Assembly: GCA_963663865.1 (NCBI GenBank)
Contig: OY760686.1
Span: forward strand, 1,056,001 to 1,120,000
From: Spirochaetota bacterium
GTDB lineage: Bacteria > Spirochaetota > UBA4802 > UBA5550
Length of the DNA: 64,000 nt
Reading direction: 5' to 3'
A program made the translations under genes and the position numbers. The first letter of the stretch is position 1. Each line of letters starts with the position of its first letter. Below are positions 48,095 through 57,261 of the stretch, one piece after another. The notes under the pieces are model-generated. The model worked only from the letters and a program-made list of their open reading frames with translations, had not been told where the DNA came from and did no database searches.

Positions 48095-48129
48095 GAGGCC
48101 GGCCTTTAAAGGGCCGGGCTCTTTGTTTT
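48095..48129 (+). terminator. Rho-independent terminator after lipoprotein 2
   Basis: GAGGCCGGCCTT..AGGGCCGGGCTC plus TTTGTTTT. Confidence 0.6.
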
Positions 48130-48163
48130 CCAAAACAGTTGATCATAAATCAGGGTCTTAATA

Positions 48164-49486
48164 GAGAGTATCAGATGTTTTGTGTAAATAGCCTTTGATT
48201 ATAATGGTACTCTGTCTCCAAAATATACTGCGAACTGGTTGATAGCAGCACCCCAATCTCTGATTGGCATAGTCCATTTTTTCTCGGCTTTCGTCAATGC
48301 CAAATACAGCACCTTAAAGATTGAATCATCTGTAGGAAATGCCGCTCTTTTCTGGGTTACTTTCCGTAGGCTTGAATTCAAGGATTCAATTGCGTTGGTA
48401 GTATAAATTGCTTTTCGAATATCTGCCGGATAAGCGAAAAATTCGTTGAGGTTTTCCCAATTGGCTCGCCATGACTTTGAAATCATCGGATATTTACCAT
48501 CCCACTTTTTAGAAAATTCATCAAGCGAAGCCAAACCAGCCTTTTCGGAAGGGGCAGAATATATGCTTTTCAGATCGGTACATATCGCCTTTCGTTCTTT
48601 CCATGATACATATTTTATTGAATTGCGTATCATATGAACTATGCACAGCTGAATCCTGGTCTCTGGGAATACGGCATTAACCGCATCTGGAAACCCTTTC
48701 AGTCCATCCATGCAAGCGATGAAGACATCTTCGATTCCTCGATTTTTAAGTTCATTTACAACCTGAAGCCAAAATTTAGCTCCTTCTGAATCGCCAATCC
48801 ATAAGCCTAGAACTTCTTTTTTGCCCTGCATATTGACCCCAATAGCCGTATACACTGATTTATTTGATACTTTGCCGTCAGTTCGGCCTTTGACCACGAT
48901 AGCGTCAAAATACACTATAGGGTACACAGGATCAAGTGGACGGGATTGCCATTCCAGAACATCTTTTATTATCTCATTGGTGACGGTGCTGATCAGGTCA
49001 GGGGAAACCTCTACTCCATAGATATCTTCAAGATGGCCCTGAATATCTCTGGTTGTCATTCCCAACCCGTACATCGATATGATTTTCTCATCAAACAGCT
49101 CGAATCGTTTTTGATGCTTCTTTACTATTCTGGGTTCGAATTCAGCATTACGGTCTCGAGGAATATCAATTAGAATTTCACCATTGTTTGTTAAGAGCTT
49201 CTTGCTACTTCGACCATTACGAGCGTTGGTGCTTTTGCCTGCTGATCTTTCATTTTTGTCGTAACCAAGATGTTCTGCCATCTCAGCTTTCATCGCTGTT
49301 TCGATAATCCTTTTGGTTAATTGCTGAATAAGGCCGTCTTTCCCGGTAATCTGTTCAGGTGTCAGTGCCTTAAAATCCACATCCTCAAGCAATTCATTAA
49401 TGATTGCATCTTTGTCCATAGCCATATTTTTCTCCTTATCTATTGATTAATAATATAGCTATTTACACAAATCTTTTTACACTCTC
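48164..49486 (-). mobile_element. IS256-family insertion sequence, 1323 bp, complete
   Basis: Imperfect 29-bp terminal inverted repeats (GAGAGTATCAGATGTTTTGTGTAAATAGC / rc GAGAGTGTAAAAAGATTTGTGTAAATAGC); 8-bp target duplication TCTTAATA at 48156-48163 and 49487-49494. Confidence 0.95.
48199..49425 (-). CDS. IS256-family (Mutator-type DDE) transposase
   Basis: IPRDR..EFEP, VYFDAI, CMDGLKGF, QLCIVH, IYTTNAIESLN. Confidence 0.97.
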   Translation of the reverse strand: MAMDKDAIINELLEDVDFKALTPEQITGKDGLIQQLTKRIIETAMKAEMAEHLGYDKNERSAGKSTNARNGRSSKKLLTNNGEILIDIPRDRNAEFEPRIVKKHQKRFELFDEKIISMYGLGMTTRDIQGHLEDIYGVEVSPDLISTVTNEIIKDVLEWQSRPLDPVYPIVYFDAIVVKGRTDGKVSNKSVYTAIGVNMQGKKEVLGLWIGDSEGAKFWLQVVNELKNRGIEDVFIACMDGLKGFPDAVNAVFPETRIQLCIVHMIRNSIKYVSWKERKAICTDLKSIYSAPSEKAGLASLDEFSKKWDGKYPMISKSWRANWENLNEFFAYPADIRKAIYTTNAIESLNSSLRKVTQKRAAFPTDDSIFKVLYLALTKAEKKWTMPIRDWGAAINQFAVYFGDRVPL

Positions 49487-49533
49487 TCTTAATAATCTAC
49501 ATGCTGAAACACGAGTCCATTCGGAAGTATACA

Positions 49534-50598
49534 TTACAGCCATTTCTTTCTTTTGAAGAATACAACCATGCCGCCGGCGACAACACCCATTACCGCGAGA
49601 CAGATGAAATATCCGTATCTGAATTTGGTCTCCGGCATGTTGGCAAAATTCATACCGTAAACACCCGCAATAAAAGTAAGAGGAATGAATATTGTAGATA
49701 TAAGCGTAAGGACCTTTATGATTTCGTTCATTTTGTTGCTCACGCTTGAAAGATAGATGTCCGTCATGCTTGAAAGAAATTCCCGGTAAATCTCAACGGT
49801 GTCAATGGCCTCAATCGTGTGGTCATACAGGTCTCGCATGTAGGGCATTGTGCCTTTTCTCATCAGCGCGTTTTCTGAACGCATAAGCTGGCTGATCATT
49901 TCACGGAGAGGCCAGACAGTTTTCCTCACAGCGAGCATGTCTCTTTTAAGCCTGTGGAGCTTTGCCATAGTCCGTCTGCCGGGCATGTACAGGAGCTCCT
50001 CTTCGAGCTGTTCAATAAGACTCCCTGTCTTTTCAAGAACAACAAAATAATGATCAATGATTCCGTCCATTATGCTGTAGGCAAGATAGTCAGCCCCTTC
50101 GCGTCTTATTGTCCCCTTCGGGTTCCTGATTCGTGATGTGATATGCTCAAACGCATTACTCTGCTTTTCCTGAAATGATATTACTGTTTTATCATTGAAG
50201 ACAATATTGACCTGCTCCTTTTCAATATCTCCCTTTGCTTCGTTAAATGTGAGGATCTTCATTACGATATAAATATAATCTCCGTAATCGTCGCATTTAG
50301 CCCTTTCGTAGGAATTGGCAATGTCTTCGAGTACCATGGAATCTATTGAATATCGGGCGCCAATCCGTGCGATGAGTTCTACATTATGAGTACCGTCGAA
50401 CTGAATCCACTTAATACGGTGATGGTTTTCGTTCTCAAGGAGTTCCGGAAGAGATATATCCTGCTCTTCGGTAAAACCGCTTTCATCGTAGCAGAGTCTG
50501 CTGATTCGGACTGGCTCGGTCCTGTCCTCTCCGACATGTATAATTACGCCGGGAGGCGATCCGAGTTTTTTTCCTGACCTTACGGGAAAGAGTTTCAT
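49534..50598 (-). CDS. corA: Magnesium/cobalt transporter CorA
   Basis: PLTFIAGVYGMNF signature, MPE, C-terminal KRKKWL. Confidence 0.95.
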   Translation of the reverse strand: MKLFPVRSGKKLGSPPGVIIHVGEDRTEPVRISRLCYDESGFTEEQDISLPELLENENHHRIKWIQFDGTHNVELIARIGARYSIDSMVLEDIANSYERAKCDDYGDYIYIVMKILTFNEAKGDIEKEQVNIVFNDKTVISFQEKQSNAFEHITSRIRNPKGTIRREGADYLAYSIMDGIIDHYFVVLEKTGSLIEQLEEELLYMPGRRTMAKLHRLKRDMLAVRKTVWPLREMISQLMRSENALMRKGTMPYMRDLYDHTIEAIDTVEIYREFLSSMTDIYLSSVSNKMNEIIKVLTLISTIFIPLTFIAGVYGMNFANMPETKFRYGYFICLAVMGVVAGGMVVFFKRKKWL

Positions 50599-51025
50599 GT
50601 GAGGGCCTCCTTGAGGATGTCTGATTTCTATCTGTTAAGCTTTTTGATTGTACCCGGGTTCGGATGCCCTACCAGAAATTTGCCGGCATAGCTTTCCATA
50701 GCCTTAAGGGAATTCCTTGCAATAACAATCTCCATTGCGGGTAATGATGGATAAAAACAACATAATCAGCCTCTGCAAGAACTGGGAACTTTGCCCAGCT
50801 TTATTATTTCTTCGGATCAAGTTATAGGAATCATGTATTAAAATATTAGAAGAAATGTTAAAAAGCAACAAATGAGATTTGCGTCGAATACGAGGGATTG
50901 GATGAATTGAACTGTTCAAAGCCGCCTGTCCTGTCACCCTTTTGAATTTGACAAAAATCGGGGAATTGCGTTTTCTGTCATTGTCGAATCCGGCATGCTA
51001 AAAACTTAAAATGCGAGGAGATCAA

Positions 51026-52234
51026 ATGAACGGAATTAAATACGAGAACGGAAAAATTGATGTGCCCGATAACCCAGTGGTGCTTTTCATTGAGGGAGAC
51101 GGTACAGGCCCTGACATCTGGAATGCCACAAGGATAGTTTTGGATGCTGCTGTCGAGAAAGCCTACGGCGGTAAGCGGAAGATTGAGTGGAAGGAGATCT
51201 TAGCTGGCGAAAAGGCATTCAACGAGACAGGCGAATGGCTTCCCGAACAGACCCTTTCGGATATCAAAAAGTACAAGGTAGCAATAAAGGGCCCGTTGAC
51301 CACGCCCGTTGGCGGAGGAATCAGAAGCATAAACGTTGCACTGCGTCAGCAGCTTAAGCTCTACGCCTGCGTCAGGCCGGTGAGGTATTTCACCGGAGTG
51401 CCCAGTCCGGTGAAAAGGCCCGAGAAGGTGGACATGGTAATCTACCGTGAGAACATGGAGGACCTCTACGCTGGAATAGAGTGGAAGGAGGGCACAGACG
51501 AGTGCTCCAGGGTGATTGATTTTCTCAACAGCACTATGGGCAGAAGTATTCCTGCTGATACAGGCATCGGAATAAAACCGATAAGCATCACGAACACAAA
51601 GAACCTGGTTCGCCAGGCTATTCGATACGCCATAGACAACAATAAAAAAAGCGTTACTCTCGTTCACAAGGGTAACATCATGAAGTTCACTGAGGGAGCT
51701 TTTAAGGAGTGGGGATATGAGCTGGCGAAGGAGGAGTTCAGCGATGTTACTATCACCGAGGCTGAGCTCTGGGACAATTTCGGAGGAAAGCAGCCCGAGG
51801 GCAAAATCGTAATCAAGGACAGAATCGCTGACGCGATGTTCCAGCAGGTCCTTCTAAGGCCTGACGAGTACGATGTACTCGCCACTCCTAATCTTAACGG
51901 AGATTACATATCCGACGCTCTCGCGGCACAGGTCGGAGGACTCGGCATGGCACCCGGAGCGAACATTGGAGACAGTGAGGCGGTCTTTGAGGCTACGCAC
52001 GGCACAGCGCCCAAGTATGCCGGACAGGACAAGGTCAACCCCGGTTCGCTTATTTTGTCGGGAGAAATGATGCTTCGATTTATGGGATGGACTGAGGCAG
52101 CCGACGGAATCATCCGCGCCCTTGAGAAGACCATCGATCAGAAGAGGGTGACCTACGACCTCGAAAGACAGATGGAGGGAGCAACCCTTCTGAAATGCTC
52201 CGAGTTCGGAAAGGCCGTGGCTGAGAATATTTAG
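51026..52234 (+). CDS. icd: NADP-dependent isocitrate dehydrogenase
   Basis: [46 protein letters not shown]. Confidence 0.97.
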   Translation: MNGIKYENGKIDVPDNPVVLFIEGDGTGPDIWNATRIVLDAAVEKAYGGKRKIEWKEILAGEKAFNETGEWLPEQTLSDIKKYKVAIKGPLTTPVGGGIRSINVALRQQLKLYACVRPVRYFTGVPSPVKRPEKVDMVIYRENMEDLYAGIEWKEGTDECSRVIDFLNSTMGRSIPADTGIGIKPISITNTKNLVRQAIRYAIDNNKKSVTLVHKGNIMKFTEGAFKEWGYELAKEEFSDVTITEAELWDNFGGKQPEGKIVIKDRIADAMFQQVLLRPDEYDVLATPNLNGDYISDALAAQVGGLGMAPGANIGDSEAVFEATHGTAPKYAGQDKVNPGSLILSGEMMLRFMGWTEAADGIIRALEKTIDQKRVTYDLERQMEGATLLKCSEFGKAVAENI

Positions 52235-52243
52235 TATCCCCAT

Positions 52244-52279
52244 CTGATACGGGCATGGAGGTCAGCATGCCCGTATCAG
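52244..52279. terminator. Strong hairpin after icd
   Basis: 14-bp perfect stem CTGATACGGGCATG / CATGCCCGTATCAG. Confidence 0.7.
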
Positions 52280-52382
52280 TAAATAATGACCTGGCTAATC
52301 TCGAAGATCATAATTTGTTATGCCTTCTTCATTCAACTGCTCTCTTAATATAGCAGTCTTCGACCTCTGGCAACTCTATTAG

Positions 52383-52427
52383 TACCCCTCAGTCTCTCTA
52401 TGCGTGCCAGCTCCCCTAAAAAAGTGA
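52383..52427 (+). repeat. REP-like element copy A (left of hicBA)
   Basis: TACCCCTCAGTCTCTCTATGCGTGCCAGCTCCCCT; 22/26 identical to 53058-53083. Confidence 0.55.
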
Positions 52428-52556
52428 AACAGTTCGCAGGAACTCTTAGATGTAAAGCAGTTAGCGAAACCAGTGATAATAAAAGCTATTGACAATTGAC
52501 AGTTGAATGGTTATTTTACAGTAAAAATTCAATAATGATTTTATAAAGGTTTATCA

Positions 52557-52763
52557 ATGGAACAGGAAATTATCTTTTATATTGAAGATTCTCCAGAGGG
52601 GGGATATGAAGCAAGGGCCCTTGGTTATTCAATATTTACAGATGGCGACACCATGGATGTTGTAAAAGAAAACATCAGGGATGCAATAAAATGCCACTTT
52701 GAAGAAAATGTTCCGAAGATTATACGGCTTCACTATGTTAGGGATGAGGCAATAGCACTTTGA
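52557..52763 (+). CDS. hicB: Short HicB-like antitoxin (no DNA-binding domain)
   Basis: EDSPEGGYEARALGYSIFTDGDT...NIRDAIKCHF; overlaps hicA; TTGACA-17-TATTTT promoter at 52489-52517. Confidence 0.75.
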   Translation: MEQEIIFYIEDSPEGGYEARALGYSIFTDGDTMDVVKENIRDAIKCHFEENVPKIIRLHYVRDEAIAL

Positions 52764-53002
52764 AAATACCGAGAAACATTGATGCTGACCAGCTTATAAA
52801 AATGATCGGGTCTTTTGGGTATGTGCAGACAAGACAGAGCGGCAGTCATATCAGACTTACTACAATTGAGAATGGAATTCACCATGTAACTATTCCGAAT
52901 CATCGCCCAATCAGGGTGGGAACACTTAATGCGATCCTTCACGATATTGCTGAACATTTTGATTTAACAAAAGAAGAGTTGTTAAAGATACTTTTTGATT
53001 AA
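52760..53002 (+). CDS. hicA: HicA family mRNA interferase toxin
   Basis: FGY...RQSGSHIRL....HHVTIPNH..IRVGTLNAIL. Confidence 0.9.
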   Translation: MKIPRNIDADQLIKMIGSFGYVQTRQSGSHIRLTTIENGIHHVTIPNHRPIRVGTLNAILHDIAEHFDLTKEELLKILFD

Positions 53003-53057
53003 TCGATAGATGATTTCATTGAAATATCAACTCTCGTGGTCACAGGCTGAGATGCCC

Positions 53058-53170
53058 CCCCTCAGTCACACTGCGCGTGCCAGTTTTCTAAGTATCCCCT
53101 TGGTCTGAGCCCAAAGACAATATCATCCCCTGTTCCAGGGGATGTGCCGGGCCTGCGAGGCGGAGGGGTA
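53058..53170. repeat. REP-like element copies B (+, 53058-53083) and C (-, about 53126-53170) right of hicBA
   Basis: CCCCTCAGTCACACTGCGCGTGCCAG; rc of C = TACCCCTCCGCCTCGCAGGCCCGGCACATCCCCTGGAACAGGGGA with internal hairpin ATCCCCTG-ttc-CAGGGGAT. Confidence 0.55.
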
Positions 53171-53196
53171 GGAACATCGAGATAGTCAAGCCCCCC

Positions 53197-54147
53197 TCAA
53201 AAATTCGAGATTACTTCACAATCGCTGAGTCTTCCCAGAAACTCCTTCATGTGTTCCGGAAGGTCCGCTTTAAACTCGAGCATGGCACCTGACTCGGGGT
53301 GACGGAATGACAGGTAGACAGACGCGAGCAGCAGATATGGAACCCTGTGTTTCTCCCATTTCTTGGAGTATATGGGATCTCCCACAATGGGATTGCTTTC
53401 TGACGAGAGGTGAACCCTGATCTGGTGAGTCCGCCCGGTGTGAATTCTCACATCGAGAAGGCTGAAAATGCGTATTCCTGTGTTCCACATTTTAACAATA
53501 TCATATTCGGTCACTGCTTCTTTTCCCGATTCGGTTACGGTCATCTTGTGCCGGTAGACCCTGTGACGCCCGATAGGTGCGTCAATTATACCATGAGGCT
53601 CATGAGGGCGTCCGGTTACCACAGCAGCGTATTTTTTTACAACCTTCCTTGAAGCGAACTGTTCAACAAGCGATGAATGCGCAAGGTCGTTCTTGGCAAC
53701 CACCATGAGGCCCGAAGTGTCTCTGTCGAGTCTGTGCACAATCCCTGGTCTGAGGGCTCCGCCTATTCCTGAGAGGTTCTTGAGCCTGTAGAGCAGGCCG
53801 TTTACCATAGTTCCGTCCCAGTTTCCTGGCCCTGGATGCACTACAAGGCCTGGCTGCTTGTTTATTACAGCGATAAAGTCGTCCTCGTAGATGATTTCGA
53901 GCGGAATATCTTCAGGAGTAACATCTATCTCTTCAGGCTCCGGTATGTTCACAGAAATAGAGTCGTCCGTTTTAGCCTTGTAGTTGGCCCTGACGGTTTC
54001 CCCATTGACGCGGATATCCCCCGTTTTAATCAGCTTCTGGATATAGCTTCTCGACATGTCAATTTCGAGAAGTTGAGTAATTACCCTGTCGATTCTCTCA
54101 AGGTGATAGTCGTCGGGTACTGTAAGTTCAAGCAGTGTGTTTTCCAT
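53197..54147 (-). CDS. rluD: 23S rRNA pseudouridine synthase RluD (RluA family, S4 domain)
   Basis: NKQPGLVVHPG, RPGIVHRLDRDTSG, TGRTHQIRVH. Confidence 0.93.
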   Translation of the reverse strand: MENTLLELTVPDDYHLERIDRVITQLLEIDMSRSYIQKLIKTGDIRVNGETVRANYKAKTDDSISVNIPEPEEIDVTPEDIPLEIIYEDDFIAVINKQPGLVVHPGPGNWDGTMVNGLLYRLKNLSGIGGALRPGIVHRLDRDTSGLMVVAKNDLAHSSLVEQFASRKVVKKYAAVVTGRPHEPHGIIDAPIGRHRVYRHKMTVTESGKEAVTEYDIVKMWNTGIRIFSLLDVRIHTGRTHQIRVHLSSESNPIVGDPIYSKKWEKHRVPYLLLASVYLSFRHPESGAMLEFKADLPEHMKEFLGRLSDCEVISNF

Positions 54148-54262
54148 TTTAGTTATCTTTATTTTTATTTCCCGGGGATGAGGCCTGCTGAAAGAGGGAT
54201 TCTGTCACTGTTTCACGAAAAGTTATTATTGACAAGAAATAATTGCCGCGAAGAATAGAGGC

Positions 54263-54682
54263 ATGACAGTCAACACTTCATTTCTCAGAATACAGCTTCG
54301 CAGGCTTGCCGGATTGGCGCCCGGATTCCTGCCCTATATCTCAACGCTGTACTATTTTGAAATATTCTACCTCTCGTCGGCCCTCCTCATCCTCTATGGC
54401 AAGTCTGCCGCGCTGACGGCCGGTATACTGCTTACACTTCTGTATTCAGTACAGATCATACGGCTCGCGATGAGGAGGAACAGAGCCAGAAAGCTGCAGC
54501 TTCTGATAATGGACATTCATGCTGCTGCCGGCATTGTTTTTGTGGCAAACTACTTCCTGCTTCCGGATACTTCAGGCGCAGTGTCCCTTGCCGCGTTCAT
54601 AATCAGGGCTTTAATCGTAGCAGTCGAGCTGCCTCTTATTGCTGTTCTTACCAGCGATGATGTTGTGAAAAACTATTCATGA
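54263..54682 (+). CDS. Hypothetical membrane protein
   Basis: About 4 TM segments; GAGG RBS. Confidence 0.6.
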   Translation: MTVNTSFLRIQLRRLAGLAPGFLPYISTLYYFEIFYLSSALLILYGKSAALTAGILLTLLYSVQIIRLAMRRNRARKLQLLIMDIHAAAGIVFVANYFLLPDTSGAVSLAAFIIRALIVAVELPLIAVLTSDDVVKNYS

Positions 54683-54700
54683 TTATCCCTCAAAAACAAG

Positions 54701-54735
54701 TTGACTTTTTATTGTATTTGGCTATTATGGAAAAT
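54701..54735 (+). promoter_or_regulatory. ars operon promoter with overlapping putative ArsR operator
   Basis: TTGACT-16 bp-TATTAT; imperfect palindrome ATTTGGCTATTATGGAAAAT (54716-54735). Confidence 0.5.
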
Positions 54736-55074
54736 ATGAAAGCATATAATACAGAGATGAACAGGCTGACCTCTGAAGTCCTGAAGGCCATATCTCACCC
54801 CACGAGACTTTTAATAGTCAAACTGCTGTCCGAGGGAGACCTGTGCGTCTGCGAGATTCAGAAGTACGCGGGATCACATATCTCCACTGTATCCAAGCAT
54901 TTGAGTATTCTGAAAAATGCCGGGCTTGTGAGCGATAAAAAGAATCACGACAATACCATCACATATAGTTTAAAGGTCAGCTGTCTGATGGATTTCATCG
55001 GGTGTATTGAGAACATAATTGAAAACAGGATCGGCGAGTCAGTTGAGGCGGTGAGGTCTTGCAGGGTATGCTGA
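54736..55074 (+). CDS. arsR: ArsR/SmtB family repressor
   Basis: LKAISHPTRL, DLCVCEI metalloid box, STVSKHLSILKNAGLV, C-terminal cysteines. Confidence 0.9.
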   Translation: MKAYNTEMNRLTSEVLKAISHPTRLLIVKLLSEGDLCVCEIQKYAGSHISTVSKHLSILKNAGLVSDKKNHDNTITYSLKVSCLMDFIGCIENIIENRIGESVEAVRSCRVC

Positions 55075-55249
55075 TTTTTTTAGCCGGTATTTTCGTAAAA
55101 GGCAAAATAGCAAAATAACAGTCATGCCTGTATCCCGGCTAATGGATTGAAAATGATAAGATGCAGGTCCTGTTCGGGTTTGAACGCTTATTTTCAACAC
55201 ACTGCGGGTTCGCGATAGCTGAAATATAAGCGAATTGATTGAATAATAT

Positions 55250-56557
55250 ATGGAGCACAAAATGTGGAAAGATGAATGGAAGCCTCTGCTCGTTTTGGGA
55301 GCGGTATTTCTTTTATTGTACAATCTGCCGGTAGGCAGCGCGAGATTTGACAGCTCACTGTTTGAAGCACTGGAGCTTGTAAAATGGTACGCGAGGGAGC
55401 ATGTTCTTCTATGCCTTGTCCCGGCTTTTTTTATTGCGGGAGGCATATCGGTTTTCTTGAGCCAGGAGTCGGTGATAAAGTATCTGGGGGCCGGAGCGAA
55501 CAGATACATAGCCTACGGGGTTTCCTCGGTTTCGGGGACTATTCTTGCTGTATGTTCGTGTACAGTGCTCCCTCTGTTCGCCGGAATTTACAGGAGGGGA
55601 GCGGGCATAGGCCCGGCCAGCGCTTTTCTGTACTCGGGACCGGCTATAAACATTCTCGCTATAATCATGACCGCCAGGGTGCTCGGCTTTGAGCTTGGGG
55701 CCGCAAGGGCCGCAGGAGCTGTACTTTTCAGTATCGCTATAGGGCTTTCAATGAGCCTGATCTTCCGAAAAGAAGAAAAACAGCAGGCAGCAAAATCTGT
55801 TGTAGCAGGAGACTCTGAGCAGGGAAGGCCGTTGAAACAGACCGCAATATTCTTCTTTCTCATGATACTTATTCTCGTAGCAGCAAATTTCAGCCCGGCC
55901 GATGAGACCGGAGTTGTCTGGAGCTTTCTCTATTCCTATAAGTGGATTATTACATCTGCGGCGGCGGCAGCCTTTGCGGTTGTTCTTGTTCTGTGGTACG
56001 GCCTTTCGCCGTTCAAAGTAGCCCTTGCTTCGCTGCCTCCGCTTGCTCTTGGAGTTATTTTCCCGGAAGAGCCTTTGTTCGCGTTTACATCGGCGGTGCT
56101 GGTACTCTCGGTGATAATAAGCACCGATAAAGCAGAGGCGGGCGAGTGGTTCAGTTCGTCGTGGGGGTTCGCGAAGCAGATAATCCCGCTGCTCTTCGCG
56201 GGGGTTTTTGTGGCAGGAATTCTGCTGGGGAGGCCGGGCAATGAAGGGCTCATTCCGTCGGACTGGATAAACGCTGCTGTCGGGGGCAATTCAATCATGT
56301 CAAATCTATTTGCCTCGGTATCAGGGGCATTCATGTACTTTGCCACTCTTACTGAGATTCCAATAATGCAGGGACTCATCGGAAGCGGAATGGGCAAGGG
56401 CCCGGCGCTCGCTCTTCTACTTGCCGGTCCGGCTTTGTCGCTCCCGAGCATACTTGTCCTGAAGGGAATAATGGGAACTAAAAAGACAGTGGTTTACCTT
56501 ATTCTGGTAATAGTATTTTCAACAGTTACGGGCTGGATTTACGGCTCGCTATTTTAA
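55250..56557 (+). CDS. ArsP/DUF318-type permease
   Basis: HVLLCLVPAFFIAG, AVCSCTVLP, MYFATLTE, LLAGPALSLP. Confidence 0.85.
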   Translation: MEHKMWKDEWKPLLVLGAVFLLLYNLPVGSARFDSSLFEALELVKWYAREHVLLCLVPAFFIAGGISVFLSQESVIKYLGAGANRYIAYGVSSVSGTILAVCSCTVLPLFAGIYRRGAGIGPASAFLYSGPAINILAIIMTARVLGFELGAARAAGAVLFSIAIGLSMSLIFRKEEKQQAAKSVVAGDSEQGRPLKQTAIFFFLMILILVAANFSPADETGVVWSFLYSYKWIITSAAAAAFAVVLVLWYGLSPFKVALASLPPLALGVIFPEEPLFAFTSAVLVLSVIISTDKAEAGEWFSSSWGFAKQIIPLLFAGVFVAGILLGRPGNEGLIPSDWINAAVGGNSIMSNLFASVSGAFMYFATLTEIPIMQGLIGSGMGKGPALALLLAGPALSLPSILVLKGIMGTKKTVVYLILVIVFSTVTGWIYGSLF

Positions 56558-56574
56558 TCATAGAGGTGGATATC

Positions 56575-56808
56575 ATGAAAATTCAGGTTCTGGGCACGGG
56601 CTGCCCTAAGTGCAAAAAGCTTGAGGAGAACGCGCGTAAAGCGGTTGAGGAGCTTTCCCTTGATGCGGAAATAGTCAAAGTAACATCGATTCAGGAAATT
56701 ATGGACTTCGGTGTAATGATGACACCCGCTCTCGCGATTGACGGGGAAGTGAAGTTTGCCGGTAAGGTCCCGGGTGTGGATGATTTAAAAAAGATCATAG
56801 GAGGTTGA
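56575..56808 (+). CDS. Small redox-active disulfide protein (MTH895-type thioredoxin fold)
   Basis: MKIQVLGTGCPKC, VMMTPALAIDG. Confidence 0.88.
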   Translation: MKIQVLGTGCPKCKKLEENARKAVEELSLDAEIVKVTSIQEIMDFGVMMTPALAIDGEVKFAGKVPGVDDLKKIIGG

Positions 56809-56812
56809 TGAA

Positions 56813-57190
56813 ATGGCTGATTGTGCATGCGGAGGGGCACCGCGTATAGTATATTCCTGCTCAGGGGCGTCAGATGTAGGTGAGCTGAGCGACAGAGTGG
56901 CGAGGTTGCTCAGAGATTCGGGAAAGTGCCGTATGTCATGCCTTGCGGCTGTCGGGGCTGGACTGTCGGGTTATGTCCAGTCAGCTGCAGCAGCCGATAT
57001 CAACATCATCATAGACGGGTGCGTGGTTGGGTGCGGCAGGAAAATATTTGAAAATATTGAAGGACCAAAAAGATATTTTGTTCTGACAGAAATGGGATAC
57101 GTAAAGGGGGCTACACCGGTGTCTGATAAGACGGCAGAGGAGATTTTAGGAACAATTGTGTCTGAAGGTTTTGATACACAGTGTTGTTGA
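56813..57190 (+). CDS. DGC-domain putative zinc-binding protein
   Basis: YSCSGASDVG, MSCLA, IDGC..GC. Confidence 0.85.
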   Translation: MADCACGGAPRIVYSCSGASDVGELSDRVARLLRDSGKCRMSCLAAVGAGLSGYVQSAAAADINIIIDGCVVGCGRKIFENIEGPKRYFVLTEMGYVKGATPVSDKTAEEILGTIVSEGFDTQCC

Positions 57191-57261
57191 TATAATCGTA
57201 ACAGTAAGTTAGTAATCAGCCCTTCTCGGGCTGTCAATAATAATGAATTGAGGAGAATTAT

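Larger units (their letters stand above)
45049..48120 (+). repeat. Tandem duplicated module (M4 tail + lipoprotein + GC hairpin): about 45049-46501 and 46682-48121
   Basis: Near-identical DNA 45049-45382 vs 46682-47015; paralogous lipoproteins; similar GCCGG...GGGCCGG hairpins after each. Confidence 0.9.

Noticed and set aside
45049-48121. Diversity-generating retroelement or integron explaining the duplicated cassettes
   Set aside because: Differences are not adenine-specific, no reverse transcriptase or integrase is in the window, and no attC-like sites were seen
50599-51010. M-box riboswitch or small gene in the corA-icd intergenic region
   Set aside because: No recognisable riboswitch core; the short frames lack RBS and motifs
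52234-53196. Prophage remnant integrated at the icd 3' end
   Set aside because: No duplicated icd 3' sequence, integrase or phage genes
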